Source of the DNA: Blastocystis sp. subtype 4
Lineage: Eukaryota
NCBI RefSeq assembly: GCF_000743755.1
Contig: NW_014569533.1
Span: 1 to 64,000, forward strand
Direction of reading: 5' to 3'
Length of the DNA stretch: 64,000 nucleotides
The notes beneath the pieces were generated by a model that ran no database searches, was not told where the DNA came from, and saw only the letters and a program-made list of their open reading frames with translations. The stretch's first letter is position 1; each line of letters starts with the position of its first letter. The position numbers and the translations under genes are program-made. Of the stretch, positions 10,332-21,628 are shown piece by piece.

Positions 10332-11997
10332 ATGACGGATCAGTTAAAGAAAAGAGGATATGTCTGTCGAGAAGTTGTCGATACTGAGGAACGTTACGTT
10401 CACGATCTTGAGTACCACTTTACCAGCCTTGTAATTCGTAGAGTGATTGTGAATGTATTTATGAATCCGATGAAGAAGAAGAAGATCATCAGCGAGGAAC
10501 TGATCATGGGTATCTTTGGTAATATCCCGGTTCTTTTGAATGTCAACAAGAAACTTCTAGAGAGTTTAAATGCGGCTGTGAACCGAGATTCCCCTTCTCC
10601 TGATTATGCCAATGCAAATATTGGTGCGGTTCTTCTTAAATTCTGTCCCTTCTTTAAAATGTATTCCAACTACTGTAAACTCCAAACAAAAGCTACGTCT
10701 GCAATTCGTGAATTGAAGAAGACTACCAAATTTGCAAACTTCTATTCTGCATGTAAAAAGAACCCTGAAACACGAGGAATGGAATTAACCGTAGTTAATG
10801 AATTCAGTTTTAACTGATAGAGTTTCCTGATTATGCCTGTACAACGTATTCCTCGTTATCAGTTGCTTCTGAAAGAGTTACAAAAGCGTACACCTGAGGA
10901 TCATCCCGATTATCCTTTCATTGTCAAGGCTTTAGAGTGTATTGTGGTTGTAGCAAAGGAATGTGATTCTGCAATGAGCGAAAACAAGGAAAACAGCTTG
11001 AAATTGAGCATTCAGAATTCATTAGGTTCTTCATTCCAGCTAATGAAGGCATCTCGTAAGCTTCTGAAATATGGTCAAGCAGTTTGGACCCATAAAAAGG
11101 AGATTACCAATATTACTGCTTTCTTGTTCTCGGATCTTCTAATATTCAGTAACCAATTTGACAGTGAGTTGAATCTCGAAGTTATAGCAAAATATGAGTT
11201 ATGTGAGTATCATCGTTGGAGATGATTGGTAGTCATGTTTAACTATAAGTACAATGAGATCACTCCACGTGTAGTCGAAGCAGAGAATGCATTTGAACGA
11301 TTCTTTTTGGAGTTTGAATCTGTTGAACAGGCTCAAGATTGGTATACTCAAATGAGTGAGACATTGAAAGCAGTTCTAGGAAGGACCATAGGTAGTAAGT
11401 GTGAAGTGTGTTTTGGACCTCTCCAGCCTGCTTACTGTTGTCACTGTATCAAATGTGATCGTATTTGTTGTGCTGAATGCTGTGGATACATAAATAGTCA
11501 TGATCGAAAGACTTCAAGCAAGAATATGGCTTGTTTATCGTGCTTGGAGTATAATGAGAATATTTTGAATAAGAACACCGATGTGAAAGCTTTGATCGAT
11601 TCTAGGAATTCCTGTAATCGGGAGAATTATATCCAACCTGTGTTTGTATGTAATCTTGCCAAGAAACAAGAGTTGAAACTACCTGAAGGATGGGAAGCAT
11701 GTATTACACACGATTCACGTGTCTATTACTTCAATCGTTCTTTGTGGCTCTCATCATGGTCGCTTCCAAAGGAGACATTTGTAAATGATGCTCCTTATGG
11801 TTGGCAGAAGTACTATGGAGAGAAGGATGCTGGATTCTATTATCAGTCGAAAGGTCATTGTGTTAAGTTTGATCGTCCTCTGGACCCGATGAAAGCTACA
11901 GTAGGATGTCCTGATTGTGATTATGCACCTACGAAGAATGATATTGTGAAGGGAGTGTGTCCTTGTTGTAATACCTCGTTGAAGGTCCTTTCTAGTT
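10332..11997 (+). CDS. RhoGEF (DH-PH) with FYVE-like Zn finger, two WW domains and a C-terminal CxxC..CxxC; stop probably completed by polyadenylation
   Basis: DH motifs EVVDTEERYVHDL and MPVQRIPRYQLLLKEL; PH 'FLFSDLLIF'; WW 'LPEGWEACITHDSRVYYFN' and 'APYGWQKY'. TGTTTGTT at 12002. The genomic stop would be at 12011. Confidence 0.85.
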
Positions 11998-12001
11998 TAT
12001 A

Positions 12002-12009
12002 TGTTTGTT
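12002..12009 (+). terminator. TGTTTGTT 3'-end/polyadenylation motif (RhoGEF)
   Basis: Starts 5 nt after T11997, the first base of an in-frame codon. Confidence 0.75.
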
Positions 12010-12841
12010 AGAAAACAGAAGAACTTTGATTATGTTCATCTGAAACAGAAGGAATATCCTCTGTCTGTTTCGAGTCCTGTTGATTGTTATCGACTTGCTG
12101 ATTCTCTTTCAACCTCCGATTCTCCTCTTCCAATGCATCGATCCGACTCTCAAACACAGCAATCTGCTTTGCAAACGACTCTCGCTCCCGTTGAACATCA
12201 TCAGCAGTAGGAAGGTGAGACTGTTCCACAATCATTCCACGCATAATTTCCTTCACTTTCCGTAATTGCTCCTCCAGAGCATCCTTTTCTTCTGCCAACT
12301 GCTGATACTTCTCTTGCAATTTCAAATATTCTTGATAATAATAATTAACAGGACCATATAACTTATCTTCCAACTCATGCTTCTCATCTTCCGCCTCTTC
12401 CAAACGTATTCTAATATTTGCCACATCTTGTGTAGATTCCACCAATATTCCATTCAGATCAGCAATCTGTTTTTGCGCAACTTCATATAGATCCTTGTAC
12501 TTGAATGCCTCCTTCTTTTCCTCCTCTAATTCTTCGATTCGTTTTTCACACTGAAAGACAATTCCTTTCATATTCTCCAACATCCTTTGGGAACGAGTAA
12601 ACCTTTGTGATAGTCCTTCCATAGCATCCTCCCAAGTTTGTTTTTCTTTTTCATACTGTTGTTTATCTACATACTTTGCACTGATAGAGTCTTCTGTGGC
12701 ATAATGAACTCCTCCTTCCTCCACTTGAACAGCATCAATATCAAAATCACTGGAGAAACAAAGATCATCGCTACCCCAATCATTGGACTCTCCCACTACT
12801 TCATTTCCACCATTTAGATCATTTTCAACCAACTGATTCAT
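12008..12841 (-). CDS. Hypothetical coiled-coil protein (277 aa, intronless)
   Basis: Clean ORF with E/K/Q-rich heptads. Confidence 0.7.
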   Translation of the reverse strand: MNQLVENDLNGGNEVVGESNDWGSDDLCFSSDFDIDAVQVEEGGVHYATEDSISAKYVDKQQYEKEKQTWEDAMEGLSQRFTRSQRMLENMKGIVFQCEKRIEELEEEKKEAFKYKDLYEVAQKQIADLNGILVESTQDVANIRIRLEEAEDEKHELEDKLYGPVNYYYQEYLKLQEKYQQLAEEKDALEEQLRKVKEIMRGMIVEQSHLPTADDVQRERESFAKQIAVFESRIDALEEENRRLKENQQVDNNQQDSKQTEDIPSVSDEHNQSSSVF

Positions 12842-12978
12842 TTTTCAAGACTCCTGATAACGATTATGTTCATTTCTAACAGGGATAAAGCATTCTATTT
12901 GGTAAATGCTTGAATTTCCATTTTAATCCTTTCAACTTGCTTCGCTTGACAACGAATCAACTCTCCAGAATCACTTCT

Positions 12979-15173
12979 ATGAGTGTTTGTGAGTTCCAAA
13001 TCGTTCTACCTCAAGTTCCATTGCTTCAGGATATGACCTCTGTTCAAGATACAATTGCATCAAGATGGGAAAAGTGGTTCAGTGATAATCCCCTCCTTTC
13101 GATTCCTACATCTGAGGATGATCCGTTTCTGAAAGATTGTATTCTTCCAGAAAAGATTCAATGTACTGAGAAAGAGACCTATCTTCGGAAAGCATTTGCA
13201 CCTACGAAAAATCCTCTACTCAACACAGCTCAAGTTCATGTGATCATGGCTTTCATGGATCTCATGAACTCGCCGAATGATGCTCTCGCACTTCGTGTTC
13301 TTCTTCGTGACAGACTTCTTTGTTGTTGTGGCGAAGAATATACAAATCTCATTCAAGTATCCCTATTAATTCTCTGTTCTCTAGAAAGTGGAATATGCTG
13401 GAGATTACTTTCGTCTTCTCTTACTCTATTTTAATCCCGCACTCACCTTTCGACTTGATAATCAATTCAAAGGATGGGAGGACACAATATGTACATTCAT
13501 CATCGATCCAGCTTCATACCTCACGCCACATCAACTATGGCTTCTATTTGAACCTCTTCAAGCAAGTCCACAACGATCTGTTCTGTGGTTAATGTTGTGG
13601 CTTGTTCATGTATTTTGTTTACATGAATCAACTGGTACTTCGTTTGATGTAAATGATTCATTGTACTCTAATCTAGCAATATCTACATGAAGTGCTCAAG
13701 GATGTAACGGTGATGCCATCAACAACTATGATCACACAACTCATCAATTCCTCTCAAGAAGCTATCGTAATATCAACGTTCAATTCTCATCTAGAATGAT
13801 ATCTTCTCTGTTCTCAGCAATGAGCGACCTTTCTCGCTTCCCATGCATTTTTCAGATGTAGCGAATTCAGTGTATATCAAGTCTAGATTGTTGGACCTGT
13901 TATTACAACTGAACATCGCTATAAGAAAATGGTACCACACACACTACCTACAATCAGTAGTCGATATGTCGTACTTGACATACGAAAGAATGTGGCTGCC
14001 AGAAATGACTTTGTCAATGTGGTTGATGGGTGTGTAGAGGCAACCTTATTCTCCTCACTCTCAACCAATCAAACGACTCAGATTCGATATATTCATGTTC
14101 CTTATTCATCGACTCATACAGAAGGAAACACTTATTATGCCTTCTGTGAGCCATATAACTATGTACACATCCAATCCATGCTTTAGTAATAGCCACTTAT
14201 CATTCTCGCTGACAATGCTATGGAAGCAAATGTGGTTGCTTTGCTTCTTCAGAAGGATCATCGTCTTCATGTTTCCATCGCTCAGTATGATCCATCCAAT
14301 AAACAAGACTTCCCTCAACTCTTGGATATTCTTCTCTCAAGTGACTACAGTACACCAACCACTTCTTTCAAACCTCCTCGAGGAATGTTTGGAGGATGGA
14401 CTTGGTGGAAAGGATGGGCCACAACCAGTGATAACGAAACATCTAGCAGTGAATTTTATCGTAGTGCTAGTGTAGAAGAGGAACGAATCATCATCGCTGA
14501 AGCAACGTCATCCAAAGCCTCCAAGACAGAAGAAGGACATTCCAAAGGATACTTTGATGCTATTCATTCCTGTCTGGATAAACTAGTTACGGAAGTCAAT
14601 CAAGTGGAAGTCGGAGCAACGATTACTTCCCATCTTCTCACCATTGTCCATTCTCTTCTCTATACCCATCCTGTTGTGGTCATTCCTGAAAGTGAAATCC
14701 AAGAAGGGGTGTCTGCAATTGAAGCAATGCATGTATCCACTTCGATTGATGGAAAAGAGATGAATATGAGTTCGCAACTTCGTGGTTCTCATCTCCTCAT
14801 CCTCACAGAATCTAAATGTCTGCTTCTAGAGGAGAGTAGTGACTCCAAACCAGAAAAGACCGAAGAACCCATTGAACAGACGCAAACCGATTCTGATATA
14901 TCAGCAATTGTATCCATTGTCAACAATTTCCTTCCCATTTTTAATGATAATGAGCCTTTCCAGTGCGACAACTACATTGCTAAACTCAATATTCCTCTCG
15001 GTGATATCCAACTTATCAACATTCTTATCAATGAAGACGATTCAAATCAATCCAAAGCCCAAATCATTCACATCAAATATGCATCTCACGAAAACATCTT
15101 CCTTCAGGTGGATTATGCCATTTTCATCGTCAACGAACTTATGCATCGTATTGGAAAGATTCCTTCGCATTGA
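12979..15173 (+). CDS. TBC1D23-like protein (divergent TBC, rhodanese-like and C-terminal PH-like domains)
   Basis: Spliced fragments FRLLLLYFNPALTFRLD (compare TBC1D23 FRLLxQYHEPELC) and YVVLDIR (rhodanese-like first strand); C-terminal region rich in beta strands. Confidence 0.55.
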
Positions 15174-15175
15174 AC

Positions 15176-15183
15176 TGTTTGTT
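15176..15183 (+). terminator. TGTTTGTT 3'-end motif (TBC1D23-like)
   Basis: Starts 5 nt after the T of the genomic TGA (15171). Confidence 0.75.
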
Positions 15184-15257
15184 GGGACACTTGCTCAATT
15201 AGGGATACATCAATTGTCGACTTCTTTTGCCATTCCATTATTTCCTATGACCTCCAT

Positions 15258-17214
15258 ATGATAGCCCGGAAGTGGTTCATTGGTCGTTTATTGTATGGAT
15301 CCTTGTTAACAAGGCTCACTTGAAGATTACCAAGAGCGTTACTTCAACTCCATCATCATACTAGTTTTCTACGACCTATGGGTATCACTAAAATTAGTTC
15401 ATGATTTGTAGCTACGAAAGACTTTTCTAAGGGATATAAGTTCATTACTGAAGGGAGTGCAACCATTCTCTTCCCAGAGAGTAATGATGTATTCTATAAT
15501 AAGGTATTACCCAATAATCTGGTCCAATGTAGGTTCAAGTGAAGAATCGAGACCTTTCCATTCTTATGATCACTTTGTTTGGAGAATTGCAACAACAAGA
15601 ATGGGATCAATTGAAAGTATCCAAGCCCAAGCGATATGAAGGAATTATGGCTGAACGCAAGAAAGCAGCAGAAGCAGAAGGTATCTATGTACTTTTTTCA
15701 TTACAATCAAGGTAAACCATGGATTGCAGAAGAGGGTTTGTACATTTTGGAAGCCCTTGCTGCTTCAGGTCTTCGTAGTATCCGCTACTTCAACGAAATT
15801 CCTAATATTCGTCGAATCATCATTAATGATATTGCAGATGCAGCCGTAGAAAGCATGAAAGACAATCTCGCTTATAACAACATTACATCGAGTCGAGTAG
15901 TTCCAAATCAGGCGTACAATTCATTATTCCCATTCACTTCAGAGATGCAACCATGATCATGTATCAGAACCGTTCTCCTTCCTATCATTGTTTTGATGTG
16001 ATTGATCTTGATCCTTACGGTTCATGCAGTATCTTTCTCGATGGTGCAGTTCAATCCATTCGTGATGGAGGTTTGCTCTGTGTTACGAGTACTGATCTGA
16101 CTGTCCTTTGTGGCAATCATCCTGAAGTAGTGTTCACCAAATACGGAGCAAATTGTCCCAAAACCCCATTTTGTCATGAACTTGCTGTACGTATTCTTCT
16201 GTACACAATTCAGATGACTGCTGCTAGATATGGAAGAAGCATGGAAGTCTTAGGAGCTTTCCAAATTGACTTTTATGTGCGTTGTTTCGTTCGAATGTAG
16301 ATGTCTGAAATAGACTCAATTTTAGTCATGACAGTAAACTGGCCATTAAGCATTGTGCAATGAATTCTTCGCTTCTGTACTACTGTAATAATTGTCAGAA
16401 CTTCCAATTGCAGCCATTAGGCCGAACACATAGTACCCAATTGTAAGAGATCTGACGTCCAGAAGACAATACGTCCAAATTCCATCCTCCCAACTGTGAG
16501 GTTGATTCTCATTGTCCTTTGTGTGGTTCTCAGTACCGTGTAGGATTTATCATCCTCTTGTTAGCTAGCTTGGAGGACCAATCTTCAATGGTGCGTTACA
16601 CGATCATGTCTTCATCCAGAAGGCTATCGATCGACTCACTCAGCTCTATGTTACAAAGGATCCAGTGGCTGTTGCTGCCAGTCACTATCAGTGTTCTACT
16701 CACAGTATCTTGCTAGGACTTCTCACTGCAGTGAGTGTTGTAATTTCGTCTGATTCACAGATGCAAGAGGAGGTTCCTTCACCACTCTATTATAGCTTCC
16801 ATGGAGTCACATCTTCGCTCCGTCTCACTGCACCTAAGTATCAGGAAATCGCTTCGGCTTTACGCCATGCAGGGTATACCCAGTCGCAATGCCATTGTGA
16901 TCCATTAGCCCTCAAGACCAATGCTCCTGGATCTGTTGTGTTTGATATTTTTAGGGCCTATTTCCGTCAATTCCAGATGGAAGAGAAGAAAGATTGGCTG
17001 GAGCAATTGCCGGATTGTTTTGCAAAACAGTATCTGTCGCAACCTGCAGAAGGTGAGGTAGGATAAAGAAGAGAGAATTATGGAAAGTATGACTTTACGA
17101 TACTTCCAGACCTGAAGAAGGATTATGAATTCCCGCGTTTTCCTGGGAACCCGGAAGCGAACTGGGGACCGAAAGCCAGAGGCAGTTTGAAGAGGACAAA
17201 GTTAAGTGAGAATT
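15258..17214 (+). CDS. TRM1: tRNA (guanine26-N2)-dimethyltransferase, with optional N-terminal organellar presequence
   Basis: Motifs ITEG, VFYN..VQVKNRDLS, ILEALAASGLRSIRY, FDVIDLDPYGS, GGLLCVTSTD, KTNAP and PRFPGNPEANWGPKAR. ATGs at 15258 and 15378. No genomic stop before TGTTTGTT at 17219. Confidence 0.93.
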
Positions 17215-17218
17215 CGTT

Positions 17219-17226
17219 TGTTTGTT
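17219..17226 (+). terminator. TGTTTGTT 3'-end motif (TRM1)
   Basis: Starts 5 nt after T17214, the first base of the codon following ...LSEN. Confidence 0.8.
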
Positions 17227-17248
17227 TTATGTCATTGTCCTTCATCTC

Positions 17249-17779
17249 ATGGAAGCAGAAACCAAATCTAGTTCTCCAATTTCAAGGGATGAATGGAGAA
17301 TGATAATGAGAAAGAATTTCTGCAGAAAAGACATGATTGATGAAGATGGTAATTTAGTCAAAGAGTCAATTATATGATGTTCCACTAATCATATAGATAC
17401 TTCCACTTAAAAAAGTTAAAGACTTGGACACTTCGGGAGGAGTATCTTCTCATTGAGGGAATCCAAGCATATGGGGTTGGAGAATGGGAACGAGTCAGGA
17501 GGGATTACCTTCCAGATTGGGTAGATGTGGTATAGGAAGATGATATTTTAGGTTACAGAAGATATTCGGCTGAAAGCTTGCAGATTATTTGGTATTCAAC
17601 ATATTGAAACATATCAAGGGTTTAAAGGAGGCAAGGAAGAGATTCAACGAGTAGAGTTTGGACATGATTATCATGTTTTAGGAGTGGGAAAAGAATCGAG
17701 AACGTGGAATTGCACAAAATTTGTGGTATAACAATGTTCTCATTGATAAGCGATTTGGGTTGGTATATAAAGATGTATG
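17249..17779 (+). CDS. Small Myb/homeodomain-like protein resembling p2, an accessory subunit of the MTA1c (AMT1) DNA N6-adenine methyltransferase complex
   Basis: Absent from the ORF track. Exons 17249-17364, 17397-17520, 17552-17650 and 17682-17779 with 31-32-nt GT-AG introns give 145 aa: MEAETKSSSPISRDEWRMIMRKNFCRKDMIDEDGNLVKEYFHLKKLKTWTLREEYLLIEGIQAYGVGEWERVRRDYLPDWVTEDIRLKACRLFGIQHIETYQGFKGGKEEIQREWEKNRERGIAQNLWYNNVLIDKRFGLVYKDV. Confidence 0.8.
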
Positions 17780-17806
17780 GAACTCTTTGTTATCAATCCA
17801 ATTTCT

Positions 17807-17814
17807 AACAAACA
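17807..17814 (-). terminator. TGTTTGTT 3'-end motif (CBP/p300)
   Basis: AACAAACA on the + strand, 5 nt past the T of the minus-strand TGA (17819). Confidence 0.75.
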
Positions 17815-17816
17815 TG

Positions 17817-20800
17817 TCAGATTTGCCTTAATCGAGACAAATAGTGTGGCACTTTGCATAATATGTCTGTGCACGTATCGATGTGGGCATCAAAGATACG
17901 TTTTAATTCTTTACACAAACTACACTTGTTACTGGTACAAAACAGATAATGTTTGATTGCAGCTCGAATAGAGGAACAATAAGGAACACTACAATCTGAA
18001 GCCGTACATGTAAAGCAATGAGAAAGAGCTTCACTCTGAATCTCAAATGGTAGAGATTTGCCAAACTATACATCAAATCCGCCTCACAGTCTTACTGATG
18101 AATTGGATGAAATTGAGTGAGCTGTAACTTCAACCTCAAAAGGAACCAGTTCATGTTCATGAATCCTGCAATTGTCACAGAGATCAAAATCGTCACATAT
18201 TCTGCAATGCCACCGTTTCCCAGAAATAATATAATTCTTACACTAAACTTCATCTCCACATTCTCTTTCTCACCTTATTGCATACATGTACTTCCGTGGG
18301 AATTTGTGGATTATAGCAGTGAAACAAAATCATCATTGTACTGTACACAGCTCTTCGTATCTATATCTGATTCATGTCTCTTTCATATACTTGATCGAAC
18401 TGATAATGATAGAATTGGCAAATTGTCATAAAAATCTGTCGGCTTTCAAACATACGACAGACAAGCCAATTATTCCTCTCTTGAAGAGTTGGAGCAATTG
18501 GAGGTATTGTCACAGCAGCATCTCGCTCCATCACAGGAAGTCCAGAAAGACATGTCTCACACACGTATTTCTGTCGTGTGATTTCTTGACGTCCAGTACG
18601 ACTCTTAACCACAGGCTCCACCCAACACTCCTCTGGGATACAGTAATGAACCTGATCTCGAAGGTACCGACCACACTCACAGCATTGATGCTGGAGCTTC
18701 ACAACTAACAAACGAACACGAATATCCTTCAACGAAGCAGCCACAGTACTCAGTAACTCACCCTTCTTTGCACGACGACGTGGTGCAGTAGTGAGTGATG
18801 ACTGTGACTTATCATCCTCTCCAATGCTTACATCCGAATCACCTTCCTCAGGTTGAGGACATACACATCCTGGATTCGCTAATCGTTCCTTGCATCGTTC
18901 ATCTGTCTCCTTTACCCAGTAATCATCACTAAACTGTGGAACATACAGCAATGCTGTATCTTCCATTCTAATTCTCATTCATTCTTCCCAATTCACACGA
19001 TCGTTTGTATCTTCCACTCAAATACTCCTCAGTCAAATTTGACACATCTGTCACAATCTGTTCTCGATTTGCTCGACTCAACAGTTCCATGTACCATCGT
19101 TGCAAATGTTCTGTTGTTGGAGTACGTTGTTCCTGTGGATGTGAGAAGCTATTCCTTACTCTCTCTTACATAGTACTTACAACACATAGTCGTCGCCTTT
19201 CCGAGGTGGACATACCCAGATATGAGCTGTGTTGAATCCTTTCTCTTTCACATACGCCAAGTAACCAATCACCATCTCCTGATATACAGAAGTACGATAA
19301 CTTGAAGGACTAAGGAAACGAACACTATCCAGATACGAGATATAAACTGATCGAGTGTTACTCACTGAAGCTTCTGGACACTCGTAGACAAACATTATGA
19401 AGACCAACACATCCATTTCATGAATTGTCTATGACAAAAATAGTACCGATTTTGTACCTGAAATAAACAAAGACATTTTTCGATATATGGGATTTTGGAA
19501 GGGAAATTGAAATTGTGGAAATACTTCAGAAAATGTTCACCTACTGAATATTCCGTTTTCTAGCTATCAAAGAGACATGACAAATACATTGTTTAAGAAC
19601 AATCGAACTCTCAATCCTTCAGGAGCGGGAACAGAATCAGGAGTACAGTTCAATTCTTTGGCTCGTTGCTGACGTTGGCGTAGAATTAGACTATGAATTC
19701 GATTCTCCAAAAAACGACTGATTTCTGTCTCCTCGAAATCTGAGAATTAGTTCACTCCTTCATGAATACCTGTGACAGAAGGTATATATAATGTAGCACG
19801 TTCAGTAATACAATTCTCATGCAAATCAAGGATACATTGAGGACAATGAAAAATGAATGCATGATCTTGCTCATAGAGTCGATTATTGAATAGAACACAA
19901 ATTGTATGAAATGACTGATGACAATGATCGCATCGAATCCATTCTTCTTTCTCCTTGTGAACATTCATCACACATTCCAAGCTAGATTTGCGATATTCTT
20001 TTCCTTCACACTCAAATACATCTGTTAGTCTTTCATAACAAGCTTCACACCATACATGCTGACCTTCCTTATCTCTATAATACTTCTTGTTTAGCTCAAT
20101 TACTTCCAGACAGCTTCCACTACAATGTAATAATTGTCCTTCTAGCATATAACAGCCTCCCGAACATAATCCACAAATCGTGCCTTTTTGGTCCTTTTGA
20201 TAGGAATCACGAAGAGAGGTGTTTCGGCGCTGTAAATCAGTAAAGCGCTGCTGAAAATACAATTTGATATATGTGGAATAGTTTAAAATGGAGGAATCGC
20301 GATTAAAGCTCTCACAGTTCGAAAACATGCGTTGTAAGGCTTTCTGAATACTTTGAATGCTTTTGAAATCGAAATGTTGATTTGCCTTCTCAAGAGACTC
20401 CAAGTCAACAGGATTTGTAATACGTTGATAATATTCGCTACATCCTCTTGCTGTTACATCTACTGGATAGTGAAATAACTTCTGAGAACTATGCATCAAC
20501 TGCAATCTTCATAAACACTCTTTGATCTTGATATCGTGGAGTAAATGAGAGATCTCTATCTTTAGAGTCGATGGTTTCCACCAAGGAGAAGTTGTATCCC
20601 GTAGCATTTGCATGTAATCCATAAGCTAATAAGGAACCTATAATATTCATAATTATACCTGTTTATCTGTCATAAGCATGAAAGCAGAGGGAAGAAGATG
20701 ACTGCGAAGGTCAAACTCTCGATTCTTCTCCTAGGATTCAACCATCATTCTATCCACTACAGCGTGATATGCTCGAGCTTTAGCACAATAATTACAGTCT

Positions 20801-21554
20801 GGATCACTACATTGGGAGAGATGAGCCACAGTAACACGAAATGCGATACAGTCTGGGTTCTATAAATAAAGTTCACTTGGAAAACATTATAGTGCATTCT
20901 CGAGGATTACAATCCCTCACATGTTTCAAGAGTCTTTTAAACCTCTTGCAGTCTGTATCCAACTATAATAAATAATCCAGCCAAATCCAACATCGCATCC
21001 TTTCGTACACTTCTGGAGATGATGCACTTCATGGAATACCATTTTGAAAGTGTCTGTCAGATCCGATAAATCCTTATCTAAATACGACTGCAACATTTCG
21101 GATGTAAAACACAGACATCTCGGAATATGATCCCCTGTTAGAGGATACGGAGATAGCTTACGTAATTTAATAGGTGGTTCAGAACTATAATCCTATTTCT
21201 AAATACATCACTTCAATGCTACTTGAGTCTTCTGATCCACAAAATAGGAAACAAGTGGAGATTTGGAAGCAAAGAGGGAAGATAACTCAGATTCTATCTC
21301 CAAAGTACACTTCAAATCAAGACTGAATTGTCCCTAGAAATTATCCCATCCATTTTCATTCCAAATACGTTCGTTGCATACTTCTTTCTGAAGTAATCTG
21401 CAATCTTGCACACTTCTTCACTTTGAATCCTGAAACTAATACCAGTCTGCTTCAGTAATAGGTTTTGTCTTCTTAATCACAACTATCCCACATCTTACAA
21501 AAGAACGCAAAAACCATCACTTGTTTCAAGCAGAGGGTGAGTTGCATCACTCAT
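17817..21554 (-). CDS. CBP/p300-type histone acetyltransferase (TAZ1, bromodomain, RING/PHD, KAT11 HAT, ZZ, TAZ2)
   Basis: HAT motifs VYISYLDSV, AHIWVCPPRKGDDY and YVPQFSDDYW; ZZ 'WHCRICDDFDLCDNC' near 18150-18210; TAZ2 'HCFTCTASDCSVPYC...HIDTCTDILCKVP' near 17830-18030; bromodomain 'LFHYPVD...YYQRITNPVDL'. Confidence 0.9.
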
Positions 21555-21628
21555 TGCAGTCTATAATGCAAAAACTCAACTATGAACAAACAACAAGCAA
21601 AAGTATGGTACACACAGAATAAAGGTAA

